Part shown: positions 10,376 to 19,171 of the stretch, piece after piece
Numbering within the stretch: position 1 is the stretch's first letter
Layout: each line of letters begins with the position of its first letter
IMG/VR virus record: IMGVR_UViG_3300036820_000024
Location: 1-54,369 of that record
Length of the DNA: 54,369 nt
From: a virus
Taxonomy: Duplodnaviria > Caudoviricetes
Reading direction: 5' to 3' (one strand)
Position numbers and translations under genes: made by a program
Notes under the pieces: generated by a model
The model's input: the letters and a program-made list of their open reading frames with translations, nothing else
Told to the model about the DNA's origin: nothing
Databases searched by the model: none

Positions 10376-11536
10376 ATGCTAATTTTTAACACTGTGCCCG
10401 GCCCGTTTCCGGTATATGACAAGCTGCAAAAGCAAAACCGTTACCGGAAAAATTGCGCCGGGCAACAACTCGATTATAAATTAATATCCCCGAAGGACGC
10501 CCTTTTACCCTGGCAATATCGGCGCTTAACGGCGGCGTCCGAGATGACAACCTGGAAAATCGTTAAAGTCGATACCGGCGACATTTTGGACATAACGGAA
10601 AACATTGCCTTTGGGGTAATTCATACCGAGACGCTCGAGGGTTACGACTATTTTTATTACGGGGGAGACGGCTTGCAGTTTAGCGACGATACCCTCCGGC
10701 TTACTTATGGTTATTATTACTTTGGCCTGGAATTTTCCGACGGGTCGGCGGCTTATAGTGAGTTGTTTTTTATTCCTGAAGATAGTTTTTCCATTACGGA
10801 CGCCCCCGAGTACGTTAATTACATCAAATTGGAATGGTACAACCTGGGGGGCGACATAGCGCCGTTTTATTACTCGGGCCTATACGAGGACGATAGCCTG
10901 ATTTTTCGTTGCGTGTGTTACCTGGATAGTATCATTACGGAAAGCCAGCCGGTACTGACCCAAACGACCGCAAAGGACGGCGACGACCAGGACATACCAA
11001 TTTTTCAGCGGGTCGACATTCCGTACATAATTAATACGTTTGTGCCCGACTTTTTAAAGCGGGCCTTCGTGTTGATGCCATTGCACGATACGATCAATTA
11101 TACCAGCGCCGACGGCATAGACAGCGGGCAATTTGATACCGTTTCCGTGACCGTTAAGAGCGAAGCGCCGGGGTGTATGAGTAGCGTTGACCTATCGTTT
11201 AAACAAGCCCTGGCAGTCGTTAACCGGGCTTGTGCAACCAATTTAATTAAAACCCCGACCGGCACGACTTACAATTATTTCAAGGTTCAAAATACGGATA
11301 GCGAACATTACGACATTAACGACCTCGGGCAAGTTGTGGTAACGTCGTCGTTGTTGATGGGGAAAACCGGTTACGGCATATATGCCCCCCAAATACCTAA
11401 TTTTATCGACCGGTCATTGATCACGTACGACGGCACCGGCGGCTCGTTTACCATTACGGCCCCTGGCTTCGTATTGATCGACGGCGGTTATTTATATGTT
11501 TTTTACAATTTAGTTGACTTAGATTTATTCCCATGA
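10376..11536 (+). CDS. Putative tail/structural protein
   Basis: 386 aa acidic beta-rich ORF in the tail module. Confidence 0.6.
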   Translation: MLIFNTVPGPFPVYDKLQKQNRYRKNCAGQQLDYKLISPKDALLPWQYRRLTAASEMTTWKIVKVDTGDILDITENIAFGVIHTETLEGYDYFYYGGDGLQFSDDTLRLTYGYYYFGLEFSDGSAAYSELFFIPEDSFSITDAPEYVNYIKLEWYNLGGDIAPFYYSGLYEDDSLIFRCVCYLDSIITESQPVLTQTTAKDGDDQDIPIFQRVDIPYIINTFVPDFLKRAFVLMPLHDTINYTSADGIDSGQFDTVSVTVKSEAPGCMSSVDLSFKQALAVVNRACATNLIKTPTGTTYNYFKVQNTDSEHYDINDLGQVVVTSSLLMGKTGYGIYAPQIPNFIDRSLITYDGTGGSFTITAPGFVLIDGGYLYVFYNLVDLDLFP

Positions 11537-12063
11537 GCAAACCCGAATTAATCAGAAGCCCGGCGGGGCCTAATACGATTGTCGACGACAATCTGAAAGT
11601 AAACGCGTTTATTTTCCCCGTTAATGTGGACGACGAGCATTTGCCGGAACTCGAGGAAATACAAGGCCGTTGTTTCGTAAGCAGTACCGACAAACGGTTG
11701 TACATTTTGGACGACGATGGCGTTTACAACCCGGTTGCCTATTTGTCCGACACGTCGATAGCAAACGCTTTAATAAATCTTGCAAGTGGAACAAAAATTA
11801 TCGGCGATGCGGACACTAATCATACGGATGTCGGGGATGGAACGACCGTGACGTTTGATATAGGAATAGTCTTACATTCAACAAATTACATGGTAATTCT
11901 AACAATAATTTCATTGTCAGATGACCCACAAAATGATTTATTTCATAACGTCACGATTCGGGAAAAAACAACCGCGACCTTTGATGTTTATTTTAGAGAG
12001 ACGGCCGACCTTGTACAAAACATCAATGTTGACTGGCTAATTATTCCGTTGGCTGAATATTAA
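11533..12063 (+). CDS. Putative structural protein with fibre-like C-terminal beta domain
   Basis: ATGA overlap; C-terminal ...TTATFDVYF...NVDWLII pattern. Confidence 0.55.
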   Translation: MSKPELIRSPAGPNTIVDDNLKVNAFIFPVNVDDEHLPELEEIQGRCFVSSTDKRLYILDDDGVYNPVAYLSDTSIANALINLASGTKIIGDADTNHTDVGDGTTVTFDIGIVLHSTNYMVILTIISLSDDPQNDLFHNVTIREKTTATFDVYFRETADLVQNINVDWLIIPLAEY

Positions 12064-12072
12064 TGAAAATTA

Positions 12073-12080
12073 TATCTTTG
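12073..12080 (+). promoter_or_regulatory. Bacteroidota -7 promoter element
   Basis: TATCTTTG matches TAnnTTTG, 31 nt before ATG 12112. Confidence 0.6.
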
Positions 12081-12111
12081 TTTATATTATTAAACTTTAA
12101 ATATTTTCAAA

Positions 12112-12987
12112 ATGAGCAACCCAGTATGTCCCGAAAATTGCGCTTATGACTTGCCCGCCGTAAGTTATAACAATTGCGCGCCAAAAGTGCAGCAATCACA
12201 AATCAGGCGGTTATTTGTAGGCAAAGCCAACGCGGCGGCGTTCGCCGATTGGACGCAAGCCGCTGAATGGTTAACCAGGTGTAACCAAAACACCACGACG
12301 GGCGACGATTACATTCGCGTCCTGACAGTAACGGGCGAAAAGCCAGCGCCTAAAAACATTACTAAAGTAATTGACAATGGATTTTTAGCCCAAATCGGCA
12401 AAGATCACACGGTTAATTTTACAACCTACCAGGTAACCGACGACAATTATGAATTTATGCGCGGTTCCGAGTGCGGGACGTTCGTTAAACTCTTTGCTAT
12501 CGAGACAATGGGCGGGGCCTTTTTTGGCACCAACGCCGGGCAACTCGTTTCTAACGTTATGGACTCCGTGTTAACGGGGGGTGATGACGACCTGGAAAAC
12601 CTTACCGGCTCAATGACCTGGAGGAGTAAATTTAGCCTCGAGCGTATCGCATTAAGCCCGATTTTTGAGGTTGATTTTAACCTGACACCGGGCGACGGCG
12701 GCGGGGTCGTTTATGACACTATCCAGTTATTCGACACCGAGGCAAGCATCACAAGTGAGGGTATAACAACAACATTGCCAGGCACAGATCCGGACGCTAA
12801 GTTTGAGTTTAACAGGGTAATTTCAGCAGTCGGCGCGCCTCAAACCATGAACTTAAACGAGGGCGTCGATAACGTTGCAGTTGTTGACTTCCCAGCCGAT
12901 TATCTCGGGGCAACCTGGAGGTTTACGGACGACAGCGGAACCGTTTACCAGGGCGTATTTACAAACGGGGACATTATTATGTCATAA
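12112..12987 (+). CDS. Putative major tail (tube) protein
   Basis: 291 aa, own promoter and terminator, beta-rich; start region shares TTAAACTTTAA with the capsid gene; no other tube candidate. Confidence 0.5.
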   Translation: MSNPVCPENCAYDLPAVSYNNCAPKVQQSQIRRLFVGKANAAAFADWTQAAEWLTRCNQNTTTGDDYIRVLTVTGEKPAPKNITKVIDNGFLAQIGKDHTVNFTTYQVTDDNYEFMRGSECGTFVKLFAIETMGGAFFGTNAGQLVSNVMDSVLTGGDDDLENLTGSMTWRSKFSLERIALSPIFEVDFNLTPGDGGGVVYDTIQLFDTEASITSEGITTTLPGTDPDAKFEFNRVISAVGAPQTMNLNEGVDNVAVVDFPADYLGATWRFTDDSGTVYQGVFTNGDIIMS

Positions 12988-13009
12988 TTAACCAAATCAT
13001 TAACAATAC

Positions 13010-13034
13010 AGGGCGGTTTTTTAACCGCCCTTTT
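13010..13034 (+). terminator. Intrinsic terminator
   Basis: AGGGCGGTT-loop-AACCGCCCT-TTT. Confidence 0.7.
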
Positions 13035-13057
13035 ACTTAGTCAAAAATTAACCCCTT

Positions 13058-13984
13058 ATGAGTAAAACCCTTTTAATCGGGCCTAACGCCGTTACCGCTT
13101 TGGTATCCCAGGCCGCAAGCGAAATTTTCACGTCCGAAAATTGCGCGGTTGTTTTCAACGCCGACGGTACATACAGAAGTTGGCAACCCAACCGGGTAAT
13201 AAATTCCTTTACCGATCTCGAGGTCGGCGCTGGATACATTGCCATTATGAAGGATACACTCGACGTCACGGGCGTATTTTCCGAGGGTATCCCCGGCATA
13301 GCGCAAGCCGGGGTTTACAATTTAAGCCAGTACGATTTAACATTATTTGATTTGGGGTCGAGTGATACCTCAACCCTGGCAAGCGGCGATTTTTTACCGC
13401 AACCGGACGGCGACGCATACAACTTTGAGGTAAAGGCCGTAACCGCCGGTATATACGGCGTTATACACGTCCCCACAAACCCGCAAAATGTGGTTTATTG
13501 GGAGGGAGGTGGAAACTTTGCACACGTTGGGGCAACAAGCCAGTTTTTCAGCTTTAACGCCGCCTCTTTTAATCAAAAGAGCATTTATATAATTTTGGAC
13601 GTTCACGATAGCGCGTTGCCCCCAGGCGCTCCGGAAAATGAGTTTTATTTTTTCAACGGCTCGGCTGATGATTTGTCGTACAAGGAAAACGATATAGTTA
13701 TCGCGACGATTGCCGCCGGAACCGGATACAAACGGACGCTAACGCAATTAACTGGCAAAGTAAACCCGGAGGTCACGACCCCCGTTACAGCTGGCAGCTA
13801 TAAGGTTGCCAGGATTGACAATCTTAACACCGGGGAAAACAAAGCCCTTTATTTTGATGTTGCGGGCGCGCCGTCGTCAAACGTGGAAATAAATTTATCC
13901 GACATTACGGCGGGAAATCAATTCTTTTTCTTAGGCCCCGCCGGGGCATTTGGAGAGGGTACAATTATCGACATACCCGCATAA
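13058..13984 (+). CDS. Putative structural/decoration protein
   Basis: 308 aa acidic beta-rich ORF. Confidence 0.55.
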   Translation: MSKTLLIGPNAVTALVSQAASEIFTSENCAVVFNADGTYRSWQPNRVINSFTDLEVGAGYIAIMKDTLDVTGVFSEGIPGIAQAGVYNLSQYDLTLFDLGSSDTSTLASGDFLPQPDGDAYNFEVKAVTAGIYGVIHVPTNPQNVVYWEGGGNFAHVGATSQFFSFNAASFNQKSIYIILDVHDSALPPGAPENEFYFFNGSADDLSYKENDIVIATIAAGTGYKRTLTQLTGKVNPEVTTPVTAGSYKVARIDNLNTGENKALYFDVAGAPSSNVEINLSDITAGNQFFFLGPAGAFGEGTIIDIPA

Positions 13985-13989
13985 CGTTT

Positions 13990-14026
13990 AAAAAATGCCC
14001 CGATCAAACAACGGGGCATTTTTTTT
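13990..14026 (+). terminator. Intrinsic terminator
   Basis: AAAAATGCCCCG-loop-CGGGGCATTTTTTTT. Confidence 0.8.
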
Positions 14027-14060
14027 GAGCAATTTTATTACCTTTAAAGCTAAATTTATT

Positions 14061-14336
14061 ATGAATATGACAACTCAAAACATTGAGGAGTTAGGCGCTC
14101 ACATTACCAGCAAAACCGGCGCTCGTATCCTTTGGTATTTCGGTATTATGTTAATTGCTTTGCTGGGTTGCTTCTATGGCATAGAGGCCAAAATTGACAG
14201 TATGCAGGCACAAATGGAAATCAGGAAAACCCAGGCAGACGGTAAATTTGATCTCATTAACAACAATATCGAGAACGTCAAAAACGATCTTAAGGACGTA
14301 AAAGACGACGTGAAAGATTTGAAGGGCCGAAAGTAA
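14061..14336 (+). CDS. Single-TM coiled-coil lysis-module protein (holin/antiholin- or spanin-like)
   Basis: One TM (ILWYFGIMLIALLGCFYGI) followed by coiled coil; start moved to ATG 14061. Confidence 0.55.
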   Translation: MNMTTQNIEELGAHITSKTGARILWYFGIMLIALLGCFYGIEAKIDSMQAQMEIRKTQADGKFDLINNNIENVKNDLKDVKDDVKDLKGRK

Positions 14337-14430
14337 CAACCTTTTTACTATACAATATTTTAACGACTTGTCTAACAAACAGGTCGTTTGCTTTTTTATA
14401 CCTTTACATAAATTAATTAATCAAAACAAT

Positions 14431-14991
14431 ATGAGCAACTTTTTAAAAATCGTTTTTGGGGACGCGCCCCTCAACAATTTTGCCGCGTACATGGTACTGG
14501 CAATAATCGGAATTTTCATTAAATTACTTTTGCACGTTGTGCAGCGTAACCAGGCAAGCCCAAATACGCCGGTTGATTTTTCCATTTGCTTTATGCTTAA
14601 GGATAACGCCATTAGGTTAATGGCTTCGCTATCGTTAAGCCTATTTGTGGTTTTCGCTTGCATACGCTTTACGAGTGAAATTTTACACGTCCAGTTAAGC
14701 CCGTTTGTTGCCCTGGGTATAGGGCTTGCGTCCGATTACCTGGCAGAGCAGCTAAAAAATTTGGCGTCGTCCCGTACGCCTTTTACGGGCGTAGCAACGT
14801 TGTTGACGGATTTAAAACCCGATCAACCAGGCTCGGGTGATCAGCCAGCAGGTCCTGCAGCAATAGACCCCGAGAAACCAGCCATTGACCAAATACAAGT
14901 CGGGCCGATTGCCGAGGTTAAACAAATCGTACAACAAGACGAGACGCCTCCAGCTGGGGATATCAACGGAAACCAAAAACCAACCGTATAA
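14431..14991 (+). CDS. Putative holin (about 3 TM)
   Basis: Three hydrophobic helices plus a polar tail, upstream of the endolysin. Confidence 0.65.
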   Translation: MSNFLKIVFGDAPLNNFAAYMVLAIIGIFIKLLLHVVQRNQASPNTPVDFSICFMLKDNAIRLMASLSLSLFVVFACIRFTSEILHVQLSPFVALGIGLASDYLAEQLKNLASSRTPFTGVATLLTDLKPDQPGSGDQPAGPAAIDPEKPAIDQIQVGPIAEVKQIVQQDETPPAGDINGNQKPTV

Positions 14992-14992
14992 G

Positions 14993-15541
14993 ATGCGGTA
15001 TATTATCGGTACGGCCATAAAAAAACAAACCTCGGGTAAATTGGAACCCGAGGTTTTTGTGCCTATTGTTGGGTATGAGCGTGGTTATGCCATTGGCTCA
15101 CATGGTAACGTTTACAGCATATCTAAACAAATAATAATGCAACCGTTTGTCGATAAGGATGATTATTTAATCATTAAGTTATCAAAACGGGGACACAAAC
15201 GAAACTTTAAAATTTCCAGGCTCGTTGCCTTACACTTTATCTCAAACCCCGAAAACAAAGAGGAGGTTAACCACTTGAAAGGTAAGCGGGATAATTATTA
15301 TAAACATCTTGCCTGGGCGACGCCAAAAGAAAACGTTAACCACGCTTTTGAGCACGGTTTGAATAATAGTAACCATTGCCGACACCGCGTAAAAAGCACT
15401 CACGTTGCTACCGGCGAACAAAAAACATTTGATAGCTTACGCGAGGCAGAAACCATTTTAAACATAAGTCGCGGGTGTGTGTCGTCCGTATTATTGGGTA
15501 AATGCAATCAAACAAAAGGATATAAATTTGAAAAACTATGA
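14993..15541 (+). CDS. NUMOD4-HNH-NUMOD1 homing endonuclease
   Basis: PIVGYE..YAIGSHGNV; RLVALHFI.NP...EVNHLKG..DN....LAW.T..EN..HA; FDSLREA. Confidence 0.88.
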   Translation: MRYIIGTAIKKQTSGKLEPEVFVPIVGYERGYAIGSHGNVYSISKQIIMQPFVDKDDYLIIKLSKRGHKRNFKISRLVALHFISNPENKEEVNHLKGKRDNYYKHLAWATPKENVNHAFEHGLNNSNHCRHRVKSTHVATGEQKTFDSLREAETILNISRGCVSSVLLGKCNQTKGYKFEKL

Positions 15542-16254
15542 AATCAGGAATTGACCTTTTTAACGCCCTGAAGCCACATGTTGGTGAGGCGTATGTAATG
15601 GGTACTTTGGTGCCTAAAAATAATAGCGGTTGGCGGGGGCCATGGGATTGTGCCGAGTTTGCCATTTGGGGCGCTTACCAGGTTGCGGCACAATTGTACG
15701 GTTGTCTTAACGATAACGGCAACCCAGGCAGCGCCGACGCTTATACCGGGTATTTGCAGCGGGACGCCGAAACCCTGGGTATTAAGATAAGTGTTGACCA
15801 GGCAAGCCGTACCCCAGGCGCGTTTATCTTACGCCTGGCGGCAAATGGCGTTTGTGCGCATGTAGTTGTGTCCGATGGAAACGGCGGCACCGTAGAGGCT
15901 CACGGACACGCTGACGGCGTTATTTTCGGTAAGGTAGCGGGGCGTCGCTGGGATTACGGTATTTTGTTGCCGTTCCTGACTTATACCGAGAACCTGATAG
16001 GCCCGGGAACTCAACCCGTAAGCCAGCCAGCAACGCCGGTGTATTACTTGCGGCAACCTATGATGGTCGGGCCGGTCGTGCTCGAGATCGAAAATAAATT
16101 AAAGGCCCTGGGTTATTATCACGGCGCGCTCGATAGTGAGTACGGCGGGGGCCTGTTTTCTGCGGTACGATCTTACCAGGCAAAAGAGGGGTTAAACCCG
16201 GACGGCGAGGTCGGCGAAAAAACAGCCGCCGCCCTGGGTATAAGCCTCGAATAA
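15538..16254 (+). CDS. Endolysin: NlpC/P60 (CHAP-clan) peptidase plus PG_binding_1 domain
   Basis: WDCAEF, AHVVVS, VEAH; C-terminal L.ALGY...DSEYG....AVRSYQ...GL.PDGEVG.KT. Confidence 0.88.
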   Translation: MKSGIDLFNALKPHVGEAYVMGTLVPKNNSGWRGPWDCAEFAIWGAYQVAAQLYGCLNDNGNPGSADAYTGYLQRDAETLGIKISVDQASRTPGAFILRLAANGVCAHVVVSDGNGGTVEAHGHADGVIFGKVAGRRWDYGILLPFLTYTENLIGPGTQPVSQPATPVYYLRQPMMVGPVVLEIENKLKALGYYHGALDSEYGGGLFSAVRSYQAKEGLNPDGEVGEKTAAALGISLE

Positions 16255-16257
16255 TAG

Positions 16258-16265
16258 TATATTTG
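16258..16265 (+). promoter_or_regulatory. Bacteroidota -7 promoter for sRNA1
   Basis: TATATTTG. Confidence 0.65.
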
Positions 16266-16269
16266 TGCC

Positions 16270-16344
16270 GCCCTTGTAGCGAGGGGAAACGTAATGATAG
16301 TTTGTTTTTGGATGCCAGGTATTAACGTACCTGGCATTTTTTTT
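16270..16344 (+). ncRNA. Candidate antisense sRNA1 targeting early-gene start regions
   Basis: Promoter, 5' hairpin, no ORF, strong terminator; segments complementary to several start regions. Confidence 0.62.
16312..16344 (+). terminator. Intrinsic terminator
   Basis: ATGCCAGGTA-ttaacg-TACCTGGCAT followed by a T run. Confidence 0.85.
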
Positions 16345-16351
16345 GATAAAT

Positions 16352-16390
16352 GTTTAAAATAAGTTTTATATATGTTTAATAAAATTTATA
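16352..16390 (+). promoter_or_regulatory. 11-bp-phased GTTTAA-like direct repeats (operator family B)
   Basis: GTTTAAAATAA at 16352; further boxes at 16363 and 16374. Confidence 0.6.
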
Positions 16391-16415
16391 TAATTGTACT
16401 TTAAACAAAAAACGT

Positions 16416-16592
16416 ATGAAAAATTTGTTATTATTTCCTGGATGCTATAACGAGGGTTATACCGCTTGCCAGCAGTTTATGGGCGACGAAAACATGATTA
16501 CCAACCCGTATAAACCCGGCACCGGCGAAGCTAAGGCCTGGGCTAATGGTTGGGCCGAGGCCCTTTGTCGCTTACCTGTTTTTGCTTACTGA
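16416..16592 (+). CDS. Rmf/CrpP-like small protein (58 aa, missing from the ORF track)
   Basis: YNEGY.A...NPY..G.....W..GW signature. Confidence 0.65.
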   Translation: MKNLLLFPGCYNEGYTACQQFMGDENMITNPYKPGTGEAKAWANGWAEALCRLPVFAY

Positions 16593-16798
16593 TGGAAAAG
16601 ATTATTATTGATAGGTATTTGTACAGTTGCAAAAATGGTACAAGTAAAAAGCTAAGTGATCTTTTAAAAGAGGCCGAAAAATCTCCGCCCGAAAAGCACG
16701 AAAACGGCACCGCATACGACGCGTACAACGCCGAGGTTGAAGCGGTTGTGTCCGATAAAAAAGGGGTTTTTATAGATAACCTTTTTTATTCGGTTTAA
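16592..16798 (+). CDS. Hypothetical protein
   Basis: TGATG-coupled start, MEKIIID... Confidence 0.6.
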   Translation: MEKIIIDRYLYSCKNGTSKKLSDLLKEAEKSPPEKHENGTAYDAYNAEVEAVVSDKKGVFIDNLFYSV

Positions 16799-16800
16799 CC

Positions 16801-16938
16801 ATGTATTACATTTTCCTAACAACTTTAACGGAGCATAAATATAACCTCGTCTCGGCGCGTCTTATGGTAACAACCTGGGCGGGGGACGGCGTTTTTAAAT
16901 ATGCCATTTACTCACATTTATTTTTTTCAGCCAACTAA
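16801..16938 (+). CDS. Small hypothetical protein (45 aa)
   Basis: Fills the gap exactly; MYYIFLTT...FFSAN. Confidence 0.45.
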   Translation: MYYIFLTTLTEHKYNLVSARLMVTTWAGDGVFKYAIYSHLFFSAN

Positions 16939-16940
16939 AC

Positions 16941-18425
16941 ATGATCAACCGTAACCAATTCAACATTAATTTTAAAACCGAAAGTCACGACCCCGCCGAT
17001 ATCATAACGTGCGGTGAATTTTTTGCAGGGGGAGGCGGTTGGACGACCGGCATAAGTAGTTTACCGGGCATAAAAACAAAATGGATACTTAACCACGATA
17101 GCGTTGCACTAAAAACAAACGCCCTCAACCATAAGGGCGTCCGCGTGTATTGGAGCGACATTTTCACCCAGGACGAGCACGAACTCGAGCCGGTCGATTA
17201 TGTACACGCCTCGACCGAGTGCGACGAGCATAGCAACGCCAACGCTGGCAAGGGTAAGAAAACAGGCAGCTACGTAATGGGCTGGGAATTGTTTAGGTAT
17301 CTCAAATATTTAAACGCCTCGGTTATCAGTATCGAGAACGTCCCCGAGTTTAAAAAATGGGCACCATTGGATGATCACGGCAACCCCGATAAAACAAAGG
17401 TCGGCCAGGAATTTGAACGGTGGAAACGCGCAATAATGGATTTGGGTTATGAGTATAAAGAAAGCATAAGGAACGCCGCCGACGATGGGTTGCCAACCAG
17501 GCGCGTACGTTTTTTTTGTTTCTTTTACAAACCAGGTATAGAAATTACCTTCCCGCCGTTTACTCATTCTGCCAACGGCAAAGGCGGTTTACATAAACAT
17601 AAAAGTTGCCGCCCTCACATTGATACGGACGATCACGGTATTAGCATTTTCGGGCGCGAACATAACCCCGCTATACGCAAGTGCCAAAGAAAAAAACTTT
17701 GCAAAAACAGCATTACGCGTATTGTCGGCGGTATCAAAAAGCTACACCCCGAGTTTTTGCAATTCATTGCCCAATATCACGCGGGCAAAAACCCGGAGCG
17801 TTTTCAAAGTCTCGAGTTACCGATCAATACGATTGATACCAGCAACCGGCACCAATTGATCACGATTGAAAAATTACAGTTTATTGCCGATCACTGCCAT
17901 ACGGATAATTTTAATTTGCTAAACGAGCCGCTTAACCCCATATTAACCAGGCAAACAAAAACGCTCACGACGGTTGAGTTTTTTATTACCCAATATTACG
18001 GCGGTTCAATCCAGTTTAATGAGTTGGGCGACCCGATCAACACGATACCGTGCCGCGACATGCACCAATTGGTACGCCTCGAAAAATACCAGTTTATCAC
18101 AAAGTATTTTAATAATTATGGCAGTCCGGAGTTAAGTATCCAAAGCCTGGACGACCCGTTATCAACCGTGTTAACGACCAATAAACACCAACTCATTACC
18201 TTACTGGACGACTTCGACATAAAGGCCCGTTTCTTAAGGCCCGACGAGTTGGCGGCGTGTAGTACGTTCCCTGAAAATTATTTTAGTCCCCCAGGCTTAA
18301 AATTAAGCCATAAGGACGCGGTACGTTTGATCGGTAACGCGGTGCCACCAATGTGGGCGGAGCGCCTGGTAGGGCCTAACGTAAAAAGCATGAAGGACTA
18401 TAAATTAAACAGACTTTCGGCGTAA
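16941..18425 (+). CDS. DNA (cytosine-5) methyltransferase, phage type with internal repeats
   Basis: FFAGGGG, HASTEC (motif IV variant), IENVPEF, TRRVR, IGNAVPP. Confidence 0.9.
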   Translation: MINRNQFNINFKTESHDPADIITCGEFFAGGGGWTTGISSLPGIKTKWILNHDSVALKTNALNHKGVRVYWSDIFTQDEHELEPVDYVHASTECDEHSNANAGKGKKTGSYVMGWELFRYLKYLNASVISIENVPEFKKWAPLDDHGNPDKTKVGQEFERWKRAIMDLGYEYKESIRNAADDGLPTRRVRFFCFFYKPGIEITFPPFTHSANGKGGLHKHKSCRPHIDTDDHGISIFGREHNPAIRKCQRKKLCKNSITRIVGGIKKLHPEFLQFIAQYHAGKNPERFQSLELPINTIDTSNRHQLITIEKLQFIADHCHTDNFNLLNEPLNPILTRQTKTLTTVEFFITQYYGGSIQFNELGDPINTIPCRDMHQLVRLEKYQFITKYFNNYGSPELSIQSLDDPLSTVLTTNKHQLITLLDDFDIKARFLRPDELAACSTFPENYFSPPGLKLSHKDAVRLIGNAVPPMWAERLVGPNVKSMKDYKLNRLSA

Positions 18426-18434
18426 ATTTGCCGT

Positions 18435-18491
18435 ATGGGTAAAAAAGGAATGGCCTCCGGAACGGTCAAGGGCGGCACCGTAAAGTGCTAA
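18435..18491 (+). CDS. Candidate leaderless 18-aa peptide MGKKGMASGTVKGGTVKC
   Basis: TAAATTTG promoter at 18423-18430 puts the predicted transcription start at the ATG; terminator directly after. Confidence 0.45.
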   Translation: MGKKGMASGTVKGGTVKC

Positions 18492-18502
18492 CGCGCCCGG
18501 TT

Positions 18503-18531
18503 AAAGGCTTCGCGAATTGCGGAGCCTTTTT
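18503..18531 (+). terminator. Intrinsic terminator
   Basis: AAAGGCTTCGC-gaatt-GCGGAGCCTTTTT. Confidence 0.8.
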
Positions 18532-18537
18532 CATTTA

Positions 18538-18602
18538 ACAAATAAAGTTGAAAATATTTGTTAAAATGTTTTGAATTGACAAATAAAAGCGCGTATATTT
18601 GT
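18538..18602 (+). promoter_or_regulatory. Early promoter with two ACAAATA-N10-TATTTGT operators (family A)
   Basis: Palindromes at 18538-18561 and 18579-18602; TATATTTG at 18594. Confidence 0.75.
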
Positions 18603-18622
18603 CTTAACAAAAAACAAACGAA

Positions 18623-18820
18623 ATGGAAACCGTACAAATCAAAATCAAAAAATCAAAAAACGTATTTGCCTGGGGCAATCAAAACGTTGGTAAAACCGTA
18701 ACCGCTACAATCGAAAACGACCGTTACGAGGTCGATTTTTTAGCCAACCCGCAAATTGAATGTACACGCAATTGGTTGAGTGGTTTTGTAGAATTTAAAG
18801 ACGCTGACCTCGTTAAATAA
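18623..18820 (+). CDS. Hypothetical early protein
   Basis: First gene after the promoter. Confidence 0.7.
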   Translation: METVQIKIKKSKNVFAWGNQNVGKTVTATIENDRYEVDFLANPQIECTRNWLSGFVEFKDADLVK

Positions 18821-18826
18821 TTAGCT

Positions 18827-19171
18827 ATGAGAAAGCCAAAGTTTACATATAAAAAAACCCTCGAGCGGCAAGCAGCCGCCGAGGTTATAGAAAAAAAACG
18901 CCAACAAATGATCACCGAGACAATTATGGGTTACGGTCGTGAGCATTGGTTAAAAAGTGCAAAGCAGGGTTTTCCTCCCTTGCACGGGGAAAACCTGGAC
19001 GCAATGACAACCCAGGAGTTAACCGATCACATTAGTAATTACGATATTGATTTTCGCACAATGTCATCACACGGCAAGCCATTTAATAAACTAACGGGTA
19101 AGTTTGTCGAGCAACCGTTACAGACTTACGACCAGCTTTACGCCTATTGTGAGACGTTAAAAGCAAAATAA
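18827..19171 (+). CDS. Hypothetical protein
   Basis: Tightly packed ORF. Confidence 0.7.
   Translation: MRKPKFTYKKTLERQAAAEVIEKKRQQMITETIMGYGREHWLKSAKQGFPPLHGENLDAMTTQELTDHISNYDIDFRTMSSHGKPFNKLTGKFVEQPLQTYDQLYAYCETLKAK

Noticed and set aside
13995-14060. ORF-track start at 13995
   Set aside because: Lies inside the terminator stem; ATG 14061 is preferred
16270-16311. Relic minus-strand gene start as the explanation for sRNA1
   Set aside because: Reads ACG rather than ATG, would run antisense into the endolysin, and does not explain the TCGCTACAA match; not fully excluded
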